Below, in pieces: positions 38,989 through 49,693 of a stretch of DNA of 64,000 bases. The notes below the pieces were generated by a model that was not told the DNA's origin, made no database searches, and saw nothing but the letters and a program-made list of their open reading frames with translations. The stretch is from an uncultured Prevotellaceae bacterium (GTDB lineage: Bacteria; Bacteroidota; Bacteroidia; Bacteroidales; Muribaculaceae). Location of the stretch: assembly GCA_947169265.1 (NCBI GenBank), contig CAMVPC010000016.1, positions 3,169-67,168 of the forward strand. The letters run 5' to 3'. Made by a program: the position numbers and the translations under genes. Numbering within the stretch: the first letter of the stretch is position 1; every line of letters begins with the position of its first letter.

Positions 38989-40359
38989 GTGAAATATAAA
39001 GGAAGGTATGGCTACCTGATTGGGTGGATTTTCACGTTCATCGACTTCGTCGTGATGAACGCTACTTTTGTGACCGTGGCTTGGATGAACCATGTCACAC
39101 ATTTCATCGCGCCGCTACCGTTGCTGGCCCTGAATGTGGCCATGATGGCCACCACCATGGCCACTCGCGGCATTCACACGCGGCGCACTGTATATCTCGA
39201 CCAGGCCCTGCTCGAGATGCTCAAGGAACTGCTTCTGCATGGCGTGCTCACCATTGCCCTAATGGCCTTGCTTGATGTGCCCATCGTGTGGCGCGTGCTC
39301 GCGCGATTTTATCTCTTGCTGGTTTTCACGCTGGGATTGTGGTGGATATTGTCGCGAAAGGTTATCAAGAATTATCGTAGCCGCGGCTACAACTATCGTC
39401 GCACCATTGTGGTGGGAAGCGGTTCGGTGGCCCAGCGACTTATCGATGAGCTTGAAGGCGATCGAGGCTACGGATATAAGATAGTGGGACTTTTCGACGA
39501 CACTGGCCCATCGTGCGGGCGGGAACTTACCGGCACGGTGGCCGATGTAGAACCGTTTGTGACGCAAAACGTGGTCGACGAGATGTATTGCACTATTCCC
39601 GACAGCGAGAGTGCCACTGTGAAACGACTCATCGCGCTGGCCGAGGCCCACGATATCGAGTTCTATCTCGTGCCGCAAATCGAGCGGGAGGTGACGAGAC
39701 GTTTCGACCTTGACAAGGTGGGCACAGTGCCCATCCTCGCCATTCACTCCTATCCGCTTCACAATCCGTTTAATCGCTTCGCGAAACGAATGTTTGACCT
39801 CGTGGTGTCGACAATACTCCTGGCGCTTTTCCCCCTGGTGTGGATTCCTGTGGCTATAGGCATCAAACTCTCGTCGCCCGGACCGGTCTTTTTCAAGCAG
39901 CGGCGCACGGGCTACCGCGGACGCTCGTTCACGTGCTACAAATTCCGCACGATGCGCGTCAACAAAGACAGTGACACGCGTCAGGCCACGCCCGACGACG
40001 AGCGCACTACGCGCTTCGGCAATTTCCTGCGTCGCACGAGTCTCGACGAGTTGCCCCAGCTGTTCAACGTGTGGCTCGGCGAGATGTCGCTCGTGGGGCC
40101 ACGCCCACACATGCTGGTTCACACCGAACTTTACAGCAAACTCATCGATAAGTATATGTTGCGTCATTCCATCAAGCCCGGCATCACCGGTTGGGCGCAG
40201 GTCAACGGCTATCGCGGCGTGACCGACCAGTTGTGGAAAATGGAACGACGTGTCGAGTTCGATGTGTGGTACACCGAGAATTGGACTTTTATGCTCGACC
40301 TTAAAATATTGTATCTCACGGTTTTCAAAGTCCTCTTTGGCGATGAGAAAGCCGTTTAG
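38989..40359 (+). CDS. wcaJ: Undecaprenyl-phosphate sugar-1-phosphate transferase (WcaJ-like)
   Basis: Four N-terminal TMs, Rossmann-like [37 protein letters not shown], and [15 protein letters not shown] 38989 assumed as start. Confidence 0.88.
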   Translation: MKYKGRYGYLIGWIFTFIDFVVMNATFVTVAWMNHVTHFIAPLPLLALNVAMMATTMATRGIHTRRTVYLDQALLEMLKELLLHGVLTIALMALLDVPIVWRVLARFYLLLVFTLGLWWILSRKVIKNYRSRGYNYRRTIVVGSGSVAQRLIDELEGDRGYGYKIVGLFDDTGPSCGRELTGTVADVEPFVTQNVVDEMYCTIPDSESATVKRLIALAEAHDIEFYLVPQIEREVTRRFDLDKVGTVPILAIHSYPLHNPFNRFAKRMFDLVVSTILLALFPLVWIPVAIGIKLSSPGPVFFKQRRTGYRGRSFTCYKFRTMRVNKDSDTRQATPDDERTTRFGNFLRRTSLDELPQLFNVWLGEMSLVGPRPHMLVHTELYSKLIDKYMLRHSIKPGITGWAQVNGYRGVTDQLWKMERRVEFDVWYTENWTFMLDLKILYLTVFKVLFGDEKAV

Positions 40360-40369
40360 CACTTCATTA

Positions 40370-42205
40370 ATGATGACACAACCGGCAACCACTCTCGAAG
40401 CACGAGCGCTGGCGTTACTCAAGCGTTTCTATGGTTACGATAGTTTCTTACCTATGCAGCTTGATGTTATCAAGCATATCATGAACGGTAACGATTGTCT
40501 CGTACTCATGCCCACGGGCGGCGGTAAGTCGATGTGTTACCAAATGCCGGCACTGCTCGGCGAGGGCTGTGCTATTGTGGTGTCGCCCTTGCTGGCGCTC
40601 ATGGCCGACCAGGTTGAAGCGCTCGTGGGCAACGGCATTCCGGCCGCAGCCCTTAATAGTGACAACAGTGAGGCGCAAAACCGCGACATCGTTGAGCAGG
40701 TTTACGCAGGGCATATTAAGTTGCTCTATGTCTCTCCCGAACGTCTCATGACCGACCTCGACGTGTGGCTCAACCGCATCAAGGTGAGCCTTATAGCTAT
40801 CGACGAGGCGCACTGCATCTCGCAGTGGGGACACGATTTCCGTCCCGAGTATGCCCAGTTGGGCGTGCTTAAGGAGCGATTCCCCGCTGTGCCCATTGTG
40901 GCGCTGACGGCTACCGCCGATAAAATCACGCGCGAAGATATCGTCAAGCAGCTTCACATCGACGGGGCGCGGCAGTTCATCAACTCGTTTGACCGCCCTA
41001 ACATCCACCTGGCGGTGCGTAGTGCCGTTAAGGGGGCCGACAAGTTGCGCGAGATTGCCCGCTTCATCGCCCGTCATGATGGCGAAAGCGGAATCATCTA
41101 TTGTCTGCGGCGCAAAGACACCGAGAACATGGCGCGCAACCTGCAACGCATGGGAATCACCGCCAAGCCCTTTCATGCGGCTCTACCGGTGGCCGAGAAA
41201 AAACTCACGCAACGTCAGTTTATCAACGATGAAGTGCAGGTGGTGTGCGCCACCATCGCTTTCGGTATGGGCATTGACAAGAGTAATGTGCGATGGATAA
41301 TCCACAGCAACATGCCCAAGAGTATGGAAGGCTATTACCAGGAAGTGGGCCGTGCAGGACGTGATGGAGCTCCGGCCGAGGCGCTTATGTTCTATTCATT
41401 TGGCGATGTCTCCACTTTGATGAGCTTTGCCATCGATTCGGGGCAACGTGCTGTTAACGAGGAGAAATTAAGGCGCATGCAACAGTATGCCGAGTCGACC
41501 GTGTGTCGCCGCCGCGTCTTGCTCAGCTATTTCAATGAGCGTTACGACAAGGACTGTGACTATTGTGACGTGTGCGACAACCATCCCGAGCAAATCGACG
41601 GCACCACGCTGGCGCAAATGGCGCTGAGCGCAATCGCGCGCACCGGCGAGAAGGCCGGCGTTACAACTATTATCAACATTCTCAGGGCTTCGCGCAATGC
41701 CGATATCGTGAGCGCCGGTTACGATCGTCTTAAGACTTACGGGGTGGGCCGCGCGCTATCCCACGCTGCATGGAATCATTACATGTTGCAAATGTTGCAG
41801 CAGGGGGCTTTCGAAATGGCCTACGACCGCGGCAACGTGCTCCTGCTCACCGACTATGGCCGTGACTTGCTGCAAGGCCGCGCTACCATCAGCTTCACCG
41901 AGTTCCAATACCGCGACAAGGCGCCCGACAAATCCAAGGTGGCTAAACAACGCGCCTTCAATCTCGCCAATGAGCGTGACGAGGAGCTCTTTAAGGAACT
42001 CAAGGCTTTGCGACTCGAGCTGGCGCGTCAACTCGGCAAACCCGCTTATACTATTTTCAGCGACAAGGTGCTCATGGTGATGGCTACCGAGAAACCCGTT
42101 ACGCGTCCGGCCTTCGCCACCATGTACGGCGTGGGAGAGGCCAAGACCCAACAATTCTGGCACCCGTTCACCCAAGCTATCGCACGTTTTCTCAACGAGC
42201 ATTGA
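40370..42205 (+). CDS. recQ: ATP-dependent DNA helicase RecQ
   Basis: MPTGGGKS, DEAHCISQWGHDFRPEY, QEVGRAGRDG, Zn CRR..CDYCDVC, RQC and HRDC domains. ATG 40370 used as start. Confidence 0.95.
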   Translation: MMTQPATTLEARALALLKRFYGYDSFLPMQLDVIKHIMNGNDCLVLMPTGGGKSMCYQMPALLGEGCAIVVSPLLALMADQVEALVGNGIPAAALNSDNSEAQNRDIVEQVYAGHIKLLYVSPERLMTDLDVWLNRIKVSLIAIDEAHCISQWGHDFRPEYAQLGVLKERFPAVPIVALTATADKITREDIVKQLHIDGARQFINSFDRPNIHLAVRSAVKGADKLREIARFIARHDGESGIIYCLRRKDTENMARNLQRMGITAKPFHAALPVAEKKLTQRQFINDEVQVVCATIAFGMGIDKSNVRWIIHSNMPKSMEGYYQEVGRAGRDGAPAEALMFYSFGDVSTLMSFAIDSGQRAVNEEKLRRMQQYAESTVCRRRVLLSYFNERYDKDCDYCDVCDNHPEQIDGTTLAQMALSAIARTGEKAGVTTIINILRASRNADIVSAGYDRLKTYGVGRALSHAAWNHYMLQMLQQGAFEMAYDRGNVLLLTDYGRDLLQGRATISFTEFQYRDKAPDKSKVAKQRAFNLANERDEELFKELKALRLELARQLGKPAYTIFSDKVLMVMATEKPVTRPAFATMYGVGEAKTQQFWHPFTQAIARFLNEH

Positions 42206-42255
42206 GCGGCGCGCCACCAGGCTGTCGGCTCAGCACTGACTGTCGTAGATGAAGG

Positions 42256-43146
42256 TTATCTGAAGAGTCTGCCGCGAAGCACGATACCCAGTGTCCAGCG
42301 GTTCTTGATTTCGGGACCTTGTCCGGTCTTGAACACGCTTTGCGGGGAATAACGGAAGAAGGCACCCACGCCATTATAACTCACCATAGCCACATAGTCG
42401 AGCGAGAAACCACGCACGTTGCGCACTCGTGCCGATGTGCTGTAGTCCTTGCCGTCGAGGCTGTAGCCGTTTCTGTAGCGGGCATAAAAGTTCCAGTTGA
42501 GCACGGGGCCCGCGGCAATGTTCCAGCGTTTGCTTATCTGTTGGCTGAACAACAATGGAAACTGTAACGAATAGACCGTGAGCGTGGCGCGGTGGCTCTT
42601 GATGGCGTCGGATGATGGCTCAAGGACGACGTTTCCCTCCTCGCCGATATTCCAAAATGTCGGTTTGTTGAGGCGGTGCCACGTCCAGTTGATGCCCACA
42701 CCGGCCGACACGCGCGTGCGGTTATGGTTGAAAACAGCGCCCAGCCCTATCACATTGAGGATGCCGAAGTGGGTGGTGGAACGCTTAATGAGCTCGCGGT
42801 TGCCTTTCTCCACGCTGTTGCCGCCCCAGCCCACATAAAGGTCGCTCAAAAACACTTGGAGGTGGGGGCGCTTGACGCTGTCGGTGCCGCACATGGGGCG
42901 GTTCTCGTGTTGTTCGGTGACCAAGGCGACGTCATTGCCGGGCTTTACGCAGTATTCATATTCGTAGTCGCGCGCGTGATAGCCGCCCTTGACGTTTACA
43001 CGCACTTGCCCGCTGTCGACCGAGATAACGACGCGCGAAGGTCGATTGATGACTTTTACGGTGTCGGCCGTGGAAACTCCATGGGCTTGAGCCAATGGCG
43101 CGATCAGTGTGAGCGCGACGATGACGAAGAATAGTCTGTATGTCAT
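42256..43146 (-). CDS. Exported protein, probable outer-membrane beta-barrel
   Basis: Signal peptide; amphipathic alternating strands in the C-terminal half (LQFPLL, AGPVLNWN, FFRYSP). Confidence 0.6.
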   Translation of the reverse strand: MTYRLFFVIVALTLIAPLAQAHGVSTADTVKVINRPSRVVISVDSGQVRVNVKGGYHARDYEYEYCVKPGNDVALVTEQHENRPMCGTDSVKRPHLQVFLSDLYVGWGGNSVEKGNRELIKRSTTHFGILNVIGLGAVFNHNRTRVSAGVGINWTWHRLNKPTFWNIGEEGNVVLEPSSDAIKSHRATLTVYSLQFPLLFSQQISKRWNIAAGPVLNWNFYARYRNGYSLDGKDYSTSARVRNVRGFSLDYVAMVSYNGVGAFFRYSPQSVFKTGQGPEIKNRWTLGIVLRGRLFR

Positions 43147-43185
43147 ATTGTGAGGTTAATTATTAGCGACCTGTGGCCATGAGGC

Positions 43186-44883
43186 TCATGGATATCGCAG
43201 GTGGTTACGGTTGAACATGTCGATGTCGAGCTGCTTGAGGCCGGCACTGTCGAGTGGCACAAACTCGTTGTGGTCGGTGACAAAGAGACGGCGCGCTGGC
43301 TTGAAGTCGCTATGGCTCAAGGCGAGGCGCGTCTTGAGATGGGAGGTGTTCACGCCGCTCATGTCGAGCATAGTGTGGAATAGCACCATGTTGGTCGACA
43401 CGGCAATATCGCGGTGCGACGCGAGGTTGCGCCACTTTTCGGGGTAACGTGTTTGGTATTGCGTTGTTGACCACACGAATAGCGGCACACGCAGCTGGTA
43501 GTAGGTGGGAAGTGGCGAGGCGTGCAGGAAGCGCTCGCGCTCGTCGTCGTAGATGTCTTCGCCATGGTCGCTTGTGTACGCCAGCAAGGCGGGCACGTTT
43601 TTCTCACGCAGCAACTCAATGATGTCGGCGATGAGGTTGTCGTCGAAGCGGATGGTGTTGTCGTAGGCGTTGACGAGTTTGTCGCGCTGCGAACGTTCAG
43701 CAGCCACTACATTGTCGGGCTTGAAATAGGCCCCCGAAGCTGGGTAACGATCGCGGTAATTAAAATGCGAACCATAGCAGTGCACCACAATCAGCAGGTG
43801 CCCGCCGTCGTAGCTCTTAAGGCGGCGCTCCACAAGGCTCTTGAGGGCATCGTCGCTCACATTCTCGGTCATGGGCACGTTGTCCTTGGTGAAAACCACG
43901 TCTTGGGCCTCACAGCCAAAGAAATCGATGAACGAGTGGTTGCGGCGCTGGTTGCTATAGTACGATGTGCGGTAGCCGGCCTCGTTAAAGGCGCTGATAA
44001 GGCCCTTGCGGTAATAGATGCTGTCCCATGCCTCGCTAGCTACGGGTGAGAGCAGCAGCGGCACGCTCTTGTGGGTGGTGTTGCTCATCGTGATGGCGTC
44101 GCGATAGATGACGAGGTTGTCGATGGCGCCCAGTCGCGGTGTGGTGTTGCGTTCGTAGCCATAGATGCCCCAGTTGTCGGCACGCGCCGTCTCGCCGATG
44201 ATGAGCACGGTGATTTGCGGTACGCTATCGGGGAGCGTACTGGTGGCGTGGTAGGAAAAATCGCGTGACGTGTTCTCATAGTTCGATGTTTTAATAACGC
44301 GTTGCACGGCAAGGCCGGTATTGTAGGCCGCGTTGAATGGGAACACGTCGTTTCGCAGTTTGAACGAGGGTGTGACAAAGTAGTTGACGGCAAGTAGCAC
44401 CACGCCCACACCGAGTAGCGCGAGGGCGCGCTTGCGGTTGCGGCGGCGGTAGTCGGTGTCGAGTGTCTCTTTTTTCCTGATGGAAACAATCGAGAGGACA
44501 ATGCACGCCATGTAAAGGATTACGGCAAAGAGGACTGCCGGCAAGAGGTTGGAAAGCAGTTCGTTGACTTCGGTGACGTTGGTCGTGGTGACGTTGAGCA
44601 ACATGTCCACGGCGAGGGGTGTCTCGCCGTAGAGCTTGAGCAGAACGATTTCAAAGGCGTCGTAGAAAGCCACGATGAAAAGCCACCAAAACATTTTGCC
44701 GGGTTTCTTGCCCAACGTCATCACTAACCAGTAGATGGCAAAGGGTAGCACAATTTGCACTACACGGGTGAGCGTCGAGGTCGATTCGGTGAAAAACATC
44801 ATCACGTTAGTGACGATGAGCGAGATGGTGATGAACCAAAAGATGAATTTCTGGTTAGTGAGTATTTGTTTAAAACGCTTCAT
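43186..44883 (-). CDS. eptA: Phosphoethanolamine transferase (EptA/sulfatase family)
   Basis: Five N-terminal TMs, IIGETARADNWGIYGYERNTTP, catalytic Thr in NTTHKSVP, YDNTI, and SDHGE motifs. Confidence 0.85.
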   Translation of the reverse strand: MKRFKQILTNQKFIFWFITISLIVTNVMMFFTESTSTLTRVVQIVLPFAIYWLVMTLGKKPGKMFWWLFIVAFYDAFEIVLLKLYGETPLAVDMLLNVTTTNVTEVNELLSNLLPAVLFAVILYMACIVLSIVSIRKKETLDTDYRRRNRKRALALLGVGVVLLAVNYFVTPSFKLRNDVFPFNAAYNTGLAVQRVIKTSNYENTSRDFSYHATSTLPDSVPQITVLIIGETARADNWGIYGYERNTTPRLGAIDNLVIYRDAITMSNTTHKSVPLLLSPVASEAWDSIYYRKGLISAFNEAGYRTSYYSNQRRNHSFIDFFGCEAQDVVFTKDNVPMTENVSDDALKSLVERRLKSYDGGHLLIVVHCYGSHFNYRDRYPASGAYFKPDNVVAAERSQRDKLVNAYDNTIRFDDNLIADIIELLREKNVPALLAYTSDHGEDIYDDERERFLHASPLPTYYQLRVPLFVWSTTQYQTRYPEKWRNLASHRDIAVSTNMVLFHTMLDMSGVNTSHLKTRLALSHSDFKPARRLFVTDHNEFVPLDSAGLKQLDIDMFNRNHLRYP

Positions 44884-46054
44884 TTACTGTAAAGATAAAG
44901 CCGTTGTTTCTTTTAGAACCTATGCCAAAGTCGATGCGGATATTCGTGTGCGGACGGATGGCCCAGCGAAGACCCACACCGCCGTTGGGCAACACATGGC
45001 GCATCGAATGGCTGTCGTGGAACACCATGCCGGCGCCACACCAAGCCGCCATGCCCAGCGGGCCCCAAATGTGTTGCCGCAGTTCCACTTGCGCCGCCAG
45101 CAGGTGCTTGTCGTTGAAACGGCCGGGATAATAACCGCGCATTGAGTAATTGTCGCCCAGCGAGGCCATGCCGGCCCACGATGGGTAGCCGCCCCAGTTG
45201 AAGATGCCCGTCAACTCACCGGCCACGATAGCGCCGCGCCAGGCTTTGTGGTAGTAAGCTATCTTGGCGTTGGTGGTGTAGTAGTGGTAGTGGTTGCCCA
45301 GCCACTTGGGGCGAAGTAGCTGCGCCAGGTGGATATAAAGGCCGCGCGAAGCGCCGGTGATATAGTCGCGCGTGTCGTAGTCAATTACGATGCCCGCGCC
45401 ATAGTTGCGCACGGTGCGGTCGTCGCCTTCGAGCAGTTCGGGCCGGTCAAGCGCGTCGGTGTGGGTGTAGTCCCATTGCGCGATGGGGCCGATGTAGAAA
45501 CCCGGCGCGAGCCGCCACAGCACATTGGCTGTGACGACAAAATCAAGTTTCTTCATCGGGGTACGGTTATTGTTGTTACTGGCCATTTCGTAACCCATTC
45601 CCCAGTAATTGGTGGGAGAATAAGTGAGCACGGCGTCAACGTTAATGCGCATTTTGTCGTCAGGGAATAACAAATTGCTACGCAGACTTAACGACCAGAA
45701 TCCCTTGAGTGAAATATCGCCCGTGACGGCCGCGTTGCTCGGTTGCATGAGGCTATCGCAGCCTTTCATGTGGAACATGACGTTACCCACCACGCCCAGG
45801 CCCAGGCCAGCTTGGCTGTCGTAGTGCGGTCCGCCGATGATGCTGAAACGGGTCTTCCTGGTGTTTGCCGTGCTGTCGTTACCGCCGCCCATCAGGTAGT
45901 TGCCCACCTTTTTCCAAAAGCCCGGTTTCGATGGTTGTGTCTCGGCCAATGGCAATACCTCAAAGCTCACGCTATCGTTAAGTGGGCGCGCCTGGGCGCA
46001 CCACGCCCATAGCGTGAGCAGTGAGGTTATCGTTGCCAGTCGTTTTGCGGTCAT
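44870..46054 (-). CDS. Omp85/BamA-TamA-like outer-membrane barrel protein without POTRA domains
   Basis: Signal peptide, MRGY..GRF lid-lock motif, and terminal FIFTVNEAF. Confidence 0.8.
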   Translation of the reverse strand: MTAKRLATITSLLTLWAWCAQARPLNDSVSFEVLPLAETQPSKPGFWKKVGNYLMGGGNDSTANTRKTRFSIIGGPHYDSQAGLGLGVVGNVMFHMKGCDSLMQPSNAAVTGDISLKGFWSLSLRSNLLFPDDKMRINVDAVLTYSPTNYWGMGYEMASNNNNRTPMKKLDFVVTANVLWRLAPGFYIGPIAQWDYTHTDALDRPELLEGDDRTVRNYGAGIVIDYDTRDYITGASRGLYIHLAQLLRPKWLGNHYHYYTTNAKIAYYHKAWRGAIVAGELTGIFNWGGYPSWAGMASLGDNYSMRGYYPGRFNDKHLLAAQVELRQHIWGPLGMAAWCGAGMVFHDSHSMRHVLPNGGVGLRWAIRPHTNIRIDFGIGSKRNNGFIFTVNEAF

Positions 46055-46081
46055 ATTGTGATAATGGCCGATGTGGGCAGA

Positions 46082-47563
46082 TTAATAGTTGCGAGCAAAA
46101 ATCACGCGGCGGTGCGACGGCTTGCCGGTGAGCATGTCCACTCCTTCCTCGTCGGGGGCGTCCATGGGGATGCAGCGAATGGTAGCCTTGGTAAGCTCCT
46201 TGATGCGCTCCTCGGTCTCGGTGGTGCCGTCCCAGTGGGCGAGAATGAATCCGCCTTTCTCGATTTGCTCTTGGAACTCTTCCCACGTGTCGACCTTGAA
46301 GGTCATCGACTCGCGCAGTTTAAGCGCCTTGTTGTAAATGCCTTGCTGGATGTCGTCGAGCAAGCGAGCCACATAGTCCTCAATGCCGTCGAGCGTGACG
46401 GTATCTTTCTCGAGCGTGTCGCGGCGCATTACCTCGATGGTGTTGTTGGCAATATCGCGCGCGCCAAGCACGAGGCGCACGGGTACGCCCTTGAGCTCGT
46501 AGTCGGCAAATTTGAAGCCGGGACGCTTGTTGTCGGCGTTGTCATACTTCACCGAGATGCCTCGCGAGCGCAGGTTGGCGACAATGGGAGCCACTTTCGC
46601 GTCAACTTCCTTGAGTTGCTCATCGTTCTTGTATACGGGCACGATGACCACCTGAATTGGAGCCAGCTTGGGAGGCAGCACCAGGCCGTTGTCGTCGCTG
46701 TGTGTCATGATGAGCGCGCCCATCAGGCGGGTCGAAACACCCCACGAGGTAGCCCACACATAGTCAAGGTTGTTTTCGTTGTTGACAAACTTCACGTCGA
46801 AAGCCTTGGCGAAGTTCTGGCCCAGATAGTGCGACGTGCCGCTTTGAAGTGCCTTGCCATCTTGCATCATGGCCTCGATAGTGTAGGTCTCAAGTGCGCC
46901 GGCAAAACGTTCGTTGGCGGTTTTGACACCCGTAACCACGGGCAATGCCATGAAATTGTGGGCAAAGTCGCGATACACGTTCAGCATCTCGATTGCCTTG
47001 GCCTGTGCCTCTTCGCTCGTGGCGTGAGCCGTGTGGCCTTCTTGCCACAAAAATTCGGCGGTGCGCAGGAACAGGCGGGTACGCATTTCCCAGCGAAACA
47101 CGTTGGCCCATTGATTGATGAGCAATGGCAGGTCGCGGTAGCTGCTTATCCAGTTGCGATAAGTGTTCCAAATGATGGTTTCGCTCGTGGGGCGAATGAT
47201 GAGCTCTTCTTCGAGACGGGCCTCGGGGTCGACGATGACCGAGTCGCCGTCGGGCGAGCTCTTGAGGCGGTAGTGCGTCACCACGGCACATTCCTTGGCG
47301 AACCCTTTGACGTGGCTGGCTTCCTTGCTCAAGTAGGACTTGGGGATGAGTAGGGGGAAGTAGGCGTTCTGCACGCCGGTGAGTTTGAACATCTGGTCAA
47401 GCTCGTGCTGCATCTTTTCCCAAATGGCGTAGCCGTAGGGCTTGATGACCATGCAGCCGCGCACCGACGATGGCTCGGCCAAGTCGGCTTTGACGACCAG
47501 TTCATTATACCATTGTGAGTAATTCTCGGAGCGTTTTGTTAAGTCTTTTAGCTCTTTAGCCAT
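46082..47563 (-). CDS. proS: Proline--tRNA ligase (archaeal/eukaryotic type)
   Basis: [41 protein letters not shown], and ARNY C-terminus. Confidence 0.97.
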   Translation of the reverse strand: MAKELKDLTKRSENYSQWYNELVVKADLAEPSSVRGCMVIKPYGYAIWEKMQHELDQMFKLTGVQNAYFPLLIPKSYLSKEASHVKGFAKECAVVTHYRLKSSPDGDSVIVDPEARLEEELIIRPTSETIIWNTYRNWISSYRDLPLLINQWANVFRWEMRTRLFLRTAEFLWQEGHTAHATSEEAQAKAIEMLNVYRDFAHNFMALPVVTGVKTANERFAGALETYTIEAMMQDGKALQSGTSHYLGQNFAKAFDVKFVNNENNLDYVWATSWGVSTRLMGALIMTHSDDNGLVLPPKLAPIQVVIVPVYKNDEQLKEVDAKVAPIVANLRSRGISVKYDNADNKRPGFKFADYELKGVPVRLVLGARDIANNTIEVMRRDTLEKDTVTLDGIEDYVARLLDDIQQGIYNKALKLRESMTFKVDTWEEFQEQIEKGGFILAHWDGTTETEERIKELTKATIRCIPMDAPDEEGVDMLTGKPSHRRVIFARNY

Positions 47564-47595
47564 GATAAGTTGAATTATTAGTGTAAGTGTTGTTG

Positions 47596-48219
47596 TTATC
47601 GGTGATTAATATTGATTTTACCGTTTTTGGCTTGCTCAAGCATGCCATTGCCGGGAATAAGGTACACCTCAAGCCGACGATTGTTGCGCCGGTTTTCCAT
47701 CGAGTTGTTGGGAGCCATGGGCTCCTCGTCGCCCACGGCAATCGACTCGATGCGGTTGTTACCGGTGTTCGACTGCACCCACGCGTCGATCGACTTGATG
47801 CGCTCAAAGGAGAAGTCGAGCAGATATTGCTTGCTACCGGTGTTGTCGGTGTGCATGATCATCAGCACCTTGTAAAAGTTGGGGTTTTTGAGGTAGGGTA
47901 GAAGGGGCTTGAGATGGCTTTTTCCCTGCTCGGTGAGCGTGGTGGCGTTGTTGTCAAAGAGGCGTTCGGCGAGCACGGTGACCACAATGACCTCGTCGTC
48001 GCGTGTGGTCTCGACCAGGTACCGCTCCTTGTCGCGCGCCAGCTTGATACTCACCTCTTCCTGGTAGGCTTTCACCTTTTTCTTTACCTTGTCGCTTTTG
48101 ATGGCGGGGGTTTCGACAAAATCGTCGATGTCAAAGTCGTCTTGCGCTGTGGCGCTGAGCGCCCAGGTCATTGCCGCCACAATCATGGTGGCGATACTGA
48201 GAAAACGATGAGATGTCAT
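47596..48219 (-). CDS. OmpA-like peptidoglycan-binding domain protein
   Basis: Signal peptide; HTDNTG, R...I, P...N...E.R..NRRLE OmpA motif. ATG 48219 used as start. Confidence 0.85.
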   Translation of the reverse strand: MTSHRFLSIATMIVAAMTWALSATAQDDFDIDDFVETPAIKSDKVKKKVKAYQEEVSIKLARDKERYLVETTRDDEVIVVTVLAERLFDNNATTLTEQGKSHLKPLLPYLKNPNFYKVLMIMHTDNTGSKQYLLDFSFERIKSIDAWVQSNTGNNRIESIAVGDEEPMAPNNSMENRRNNRRLEVYLIPGNGMLEQAKNGKININHR

Positions 48220-48497
48220 AGCGATAAAGTTTCTTCGTAAGCGATTTCGGCGGCCACGATGGCTTTCACGTCCTGTGGCTCGATGTGGTTGTTCTTGTCT
48301 TTGCGCAATTCTTTGGCGACCCAAGCAGCGACAAGCTCAATATCGTCATCGTCGTCGTGGGCATCAAAGTAGTCGAACATCGTGTCGATGAGTAGCACGA
48401 TGTCGTCGTCGGTATATTTTGCGGCGATTTCATCGCCCACTTGCCCGCGGATGAATTGTACCGCGTCGTTCTCGTCGTAATATTTTTCTTCTTCCAT
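48216..48497 (-). CDS. Small acidic hypothetical protein
   Basis: 93-aa ORF with operon-type overlap to the downstream gene and host-like codon usage. Confidence 0.7.
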   Translation of the reverse strand: MEEEKYYDENDAVQFIRGQVGDEIAAKYTDDDIVLLIDTMFDYFDAHDDDDDIELVAAWVAKELRKDKNNHIEPQDVKAIVAAEIAYEETLSL

Positions 48498-48523
48498 AGT
48501 CGTGGTGGGGGAAATATTGCGAA

Positions 48524-49066
48524 TTATAGATGTAACAGTTCGTCGGGCACGTCGAGCGCGATCGATTGTTCGTCAAGGTCGATTGAGACAATCATCTCGT
48601 CGACGGCGGGCACCAGTAGTGTCTTGCGCTCATCGGTCTCGACGACAAACAGCACGTTAATGGTACTGTCGTCAATGTCGGTTATCGTGCCGGTCACTTC
48701 TTCGTTAATCGTGACGTTGAAGCCGATGAAATAGTCAACGGGCAGCTCGTCGGGCTCGTCGTCATCAAGTTCGTGGCGTGCATGGCTCTCGTAGTCTTGC
48801 TTGAGGACAAGAATCTCTTTGTTCACGAGCGTGGCGGCTTCTTTTTCGTTGTGGATGCCCATGAGCGAGAGTAACACGCTGTGTTCGTTCTTGGTGCGCA
48901 TGCCCTCGATGAAAAAGGGGACGAATATACCGTCAATGTCGCTCACCAGGCAACGGGCGTGTCCCAATAGGTCGAGAGGTGCCTCGACGGTGGCCGTGAG
49001 TTCGCCTTCGATGCCGTGAGGCTTGCGGTATTGGCCTATGGCGATGAGTTCGTCGCGTGCTATCAT
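48524..49066 (-). CDS. rimM: 16S rRNA processing protein RimM
   Basis: IGQYRKPHGIEGEL, DGIFVPFFI, and PRC barrel with LLVPAVDEMI. Confidence 0.92.
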   Translation of the reverse strand: MIARDELIAIGQYRKPHGIEGELTATVEAPLDLLGHARCLVSDIDGIFVPFFIEGMRTKNEHSVLLSLMGIHNEKEAATLVNKEILVLKQDYESHARHELDDDEPDELPVDYFIGFNVTINEEVTGTITDIDDSTINVLFVVETDERKTLLVPAVDEMIVSIDLDEQSIALDVPDELLHL

Positions 49067-49083
49067 TGTGCTGTCGTGTAGAT

Positions 49084-49677
49084 TTATCTTTTCTTCTTCT
49101 TTTTCTTGCTTTGCTGCTGCACGGGTGCCATTTTGTATTGCCTGAGCTGGTGCTCGGCGGGATTGAGCTTGATGGCGCCGCCCGAATACATCTCGAGGTC
49201 TTTGAAGATTTTGCTGTCTTCAACATCCTCGTTGCTGATTTGCGTGATGAGCTTTTTCATGTGGTTGGCAAGCAACATCACCAGGGCGTCTTTCTCTTCG
49301 CCTTCGGGATACTCGACGGCGCGCGCTATCATGCGCTCGATAGTTTTGCCGTACTGGCGCATTTTGATTTTCTCGAGTTTATAGGCGATGGGCTGAGGCG
49401 GCGTCACGAGGTTCTCCTCGTTGACTACATCGTAGGGGTAGTCGATGTCGAGCTTGAAGTCGCTCATGATGGCCAAGTGGTCCCACAGCTTGTGCTTGTA
49501 GTCGGGCTCGTTGCGCAACTGGGGAAATAAGTTGGCCATGGCCCGCACTATACTATAGGCGCAATGGGTGCGTTCCTCGCGATCTTCGATGGTGACGCAG
49601 TGGTCCACCATTTGCTGGATGTTGCGGCCATACTCGGGCAGGGCCAGTTTCTTGAGTTGTGAGTTGTAGGTGAGCAT
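49084..49677 (-). CDS. DUF4290 domain protein
   Basis: YNSQLKKLALPEYGRNIQQMV, KLWDHL, and YGK.I motifs; basic tail. Confidence 0.88.
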   Translation of the reverse strand: MLTYNSQLKKLALPEYGRNIQQMVDHCVTIEDREERTHCAYSIVRAMANLFPQLRNEPDYKHKLWDHLAIMSDFKLDIDYPYDVVNEENLVTPPQPIAYKLEKIKMRQYGKTIERMIARAVEYPEGEEKDALVMLLANHMKKLITQISNEDVEDSKIFKDLEMYSGGAIKLNPAEHQLRQYKMAPVQQQSKKKKKKR

Positions 49678-49693
49678 TGTGGGGTAAGGGGGG

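Noticed and set aside
39259-40422. 387-aa ORF antisense to the wcaJ-like gene
   Set aside because: Shadow ORF; no motifs.
46058-47353. 431-aa ORF antisense to proS
   Set aside because: Shadow ORF opposite an essential conserved gene.
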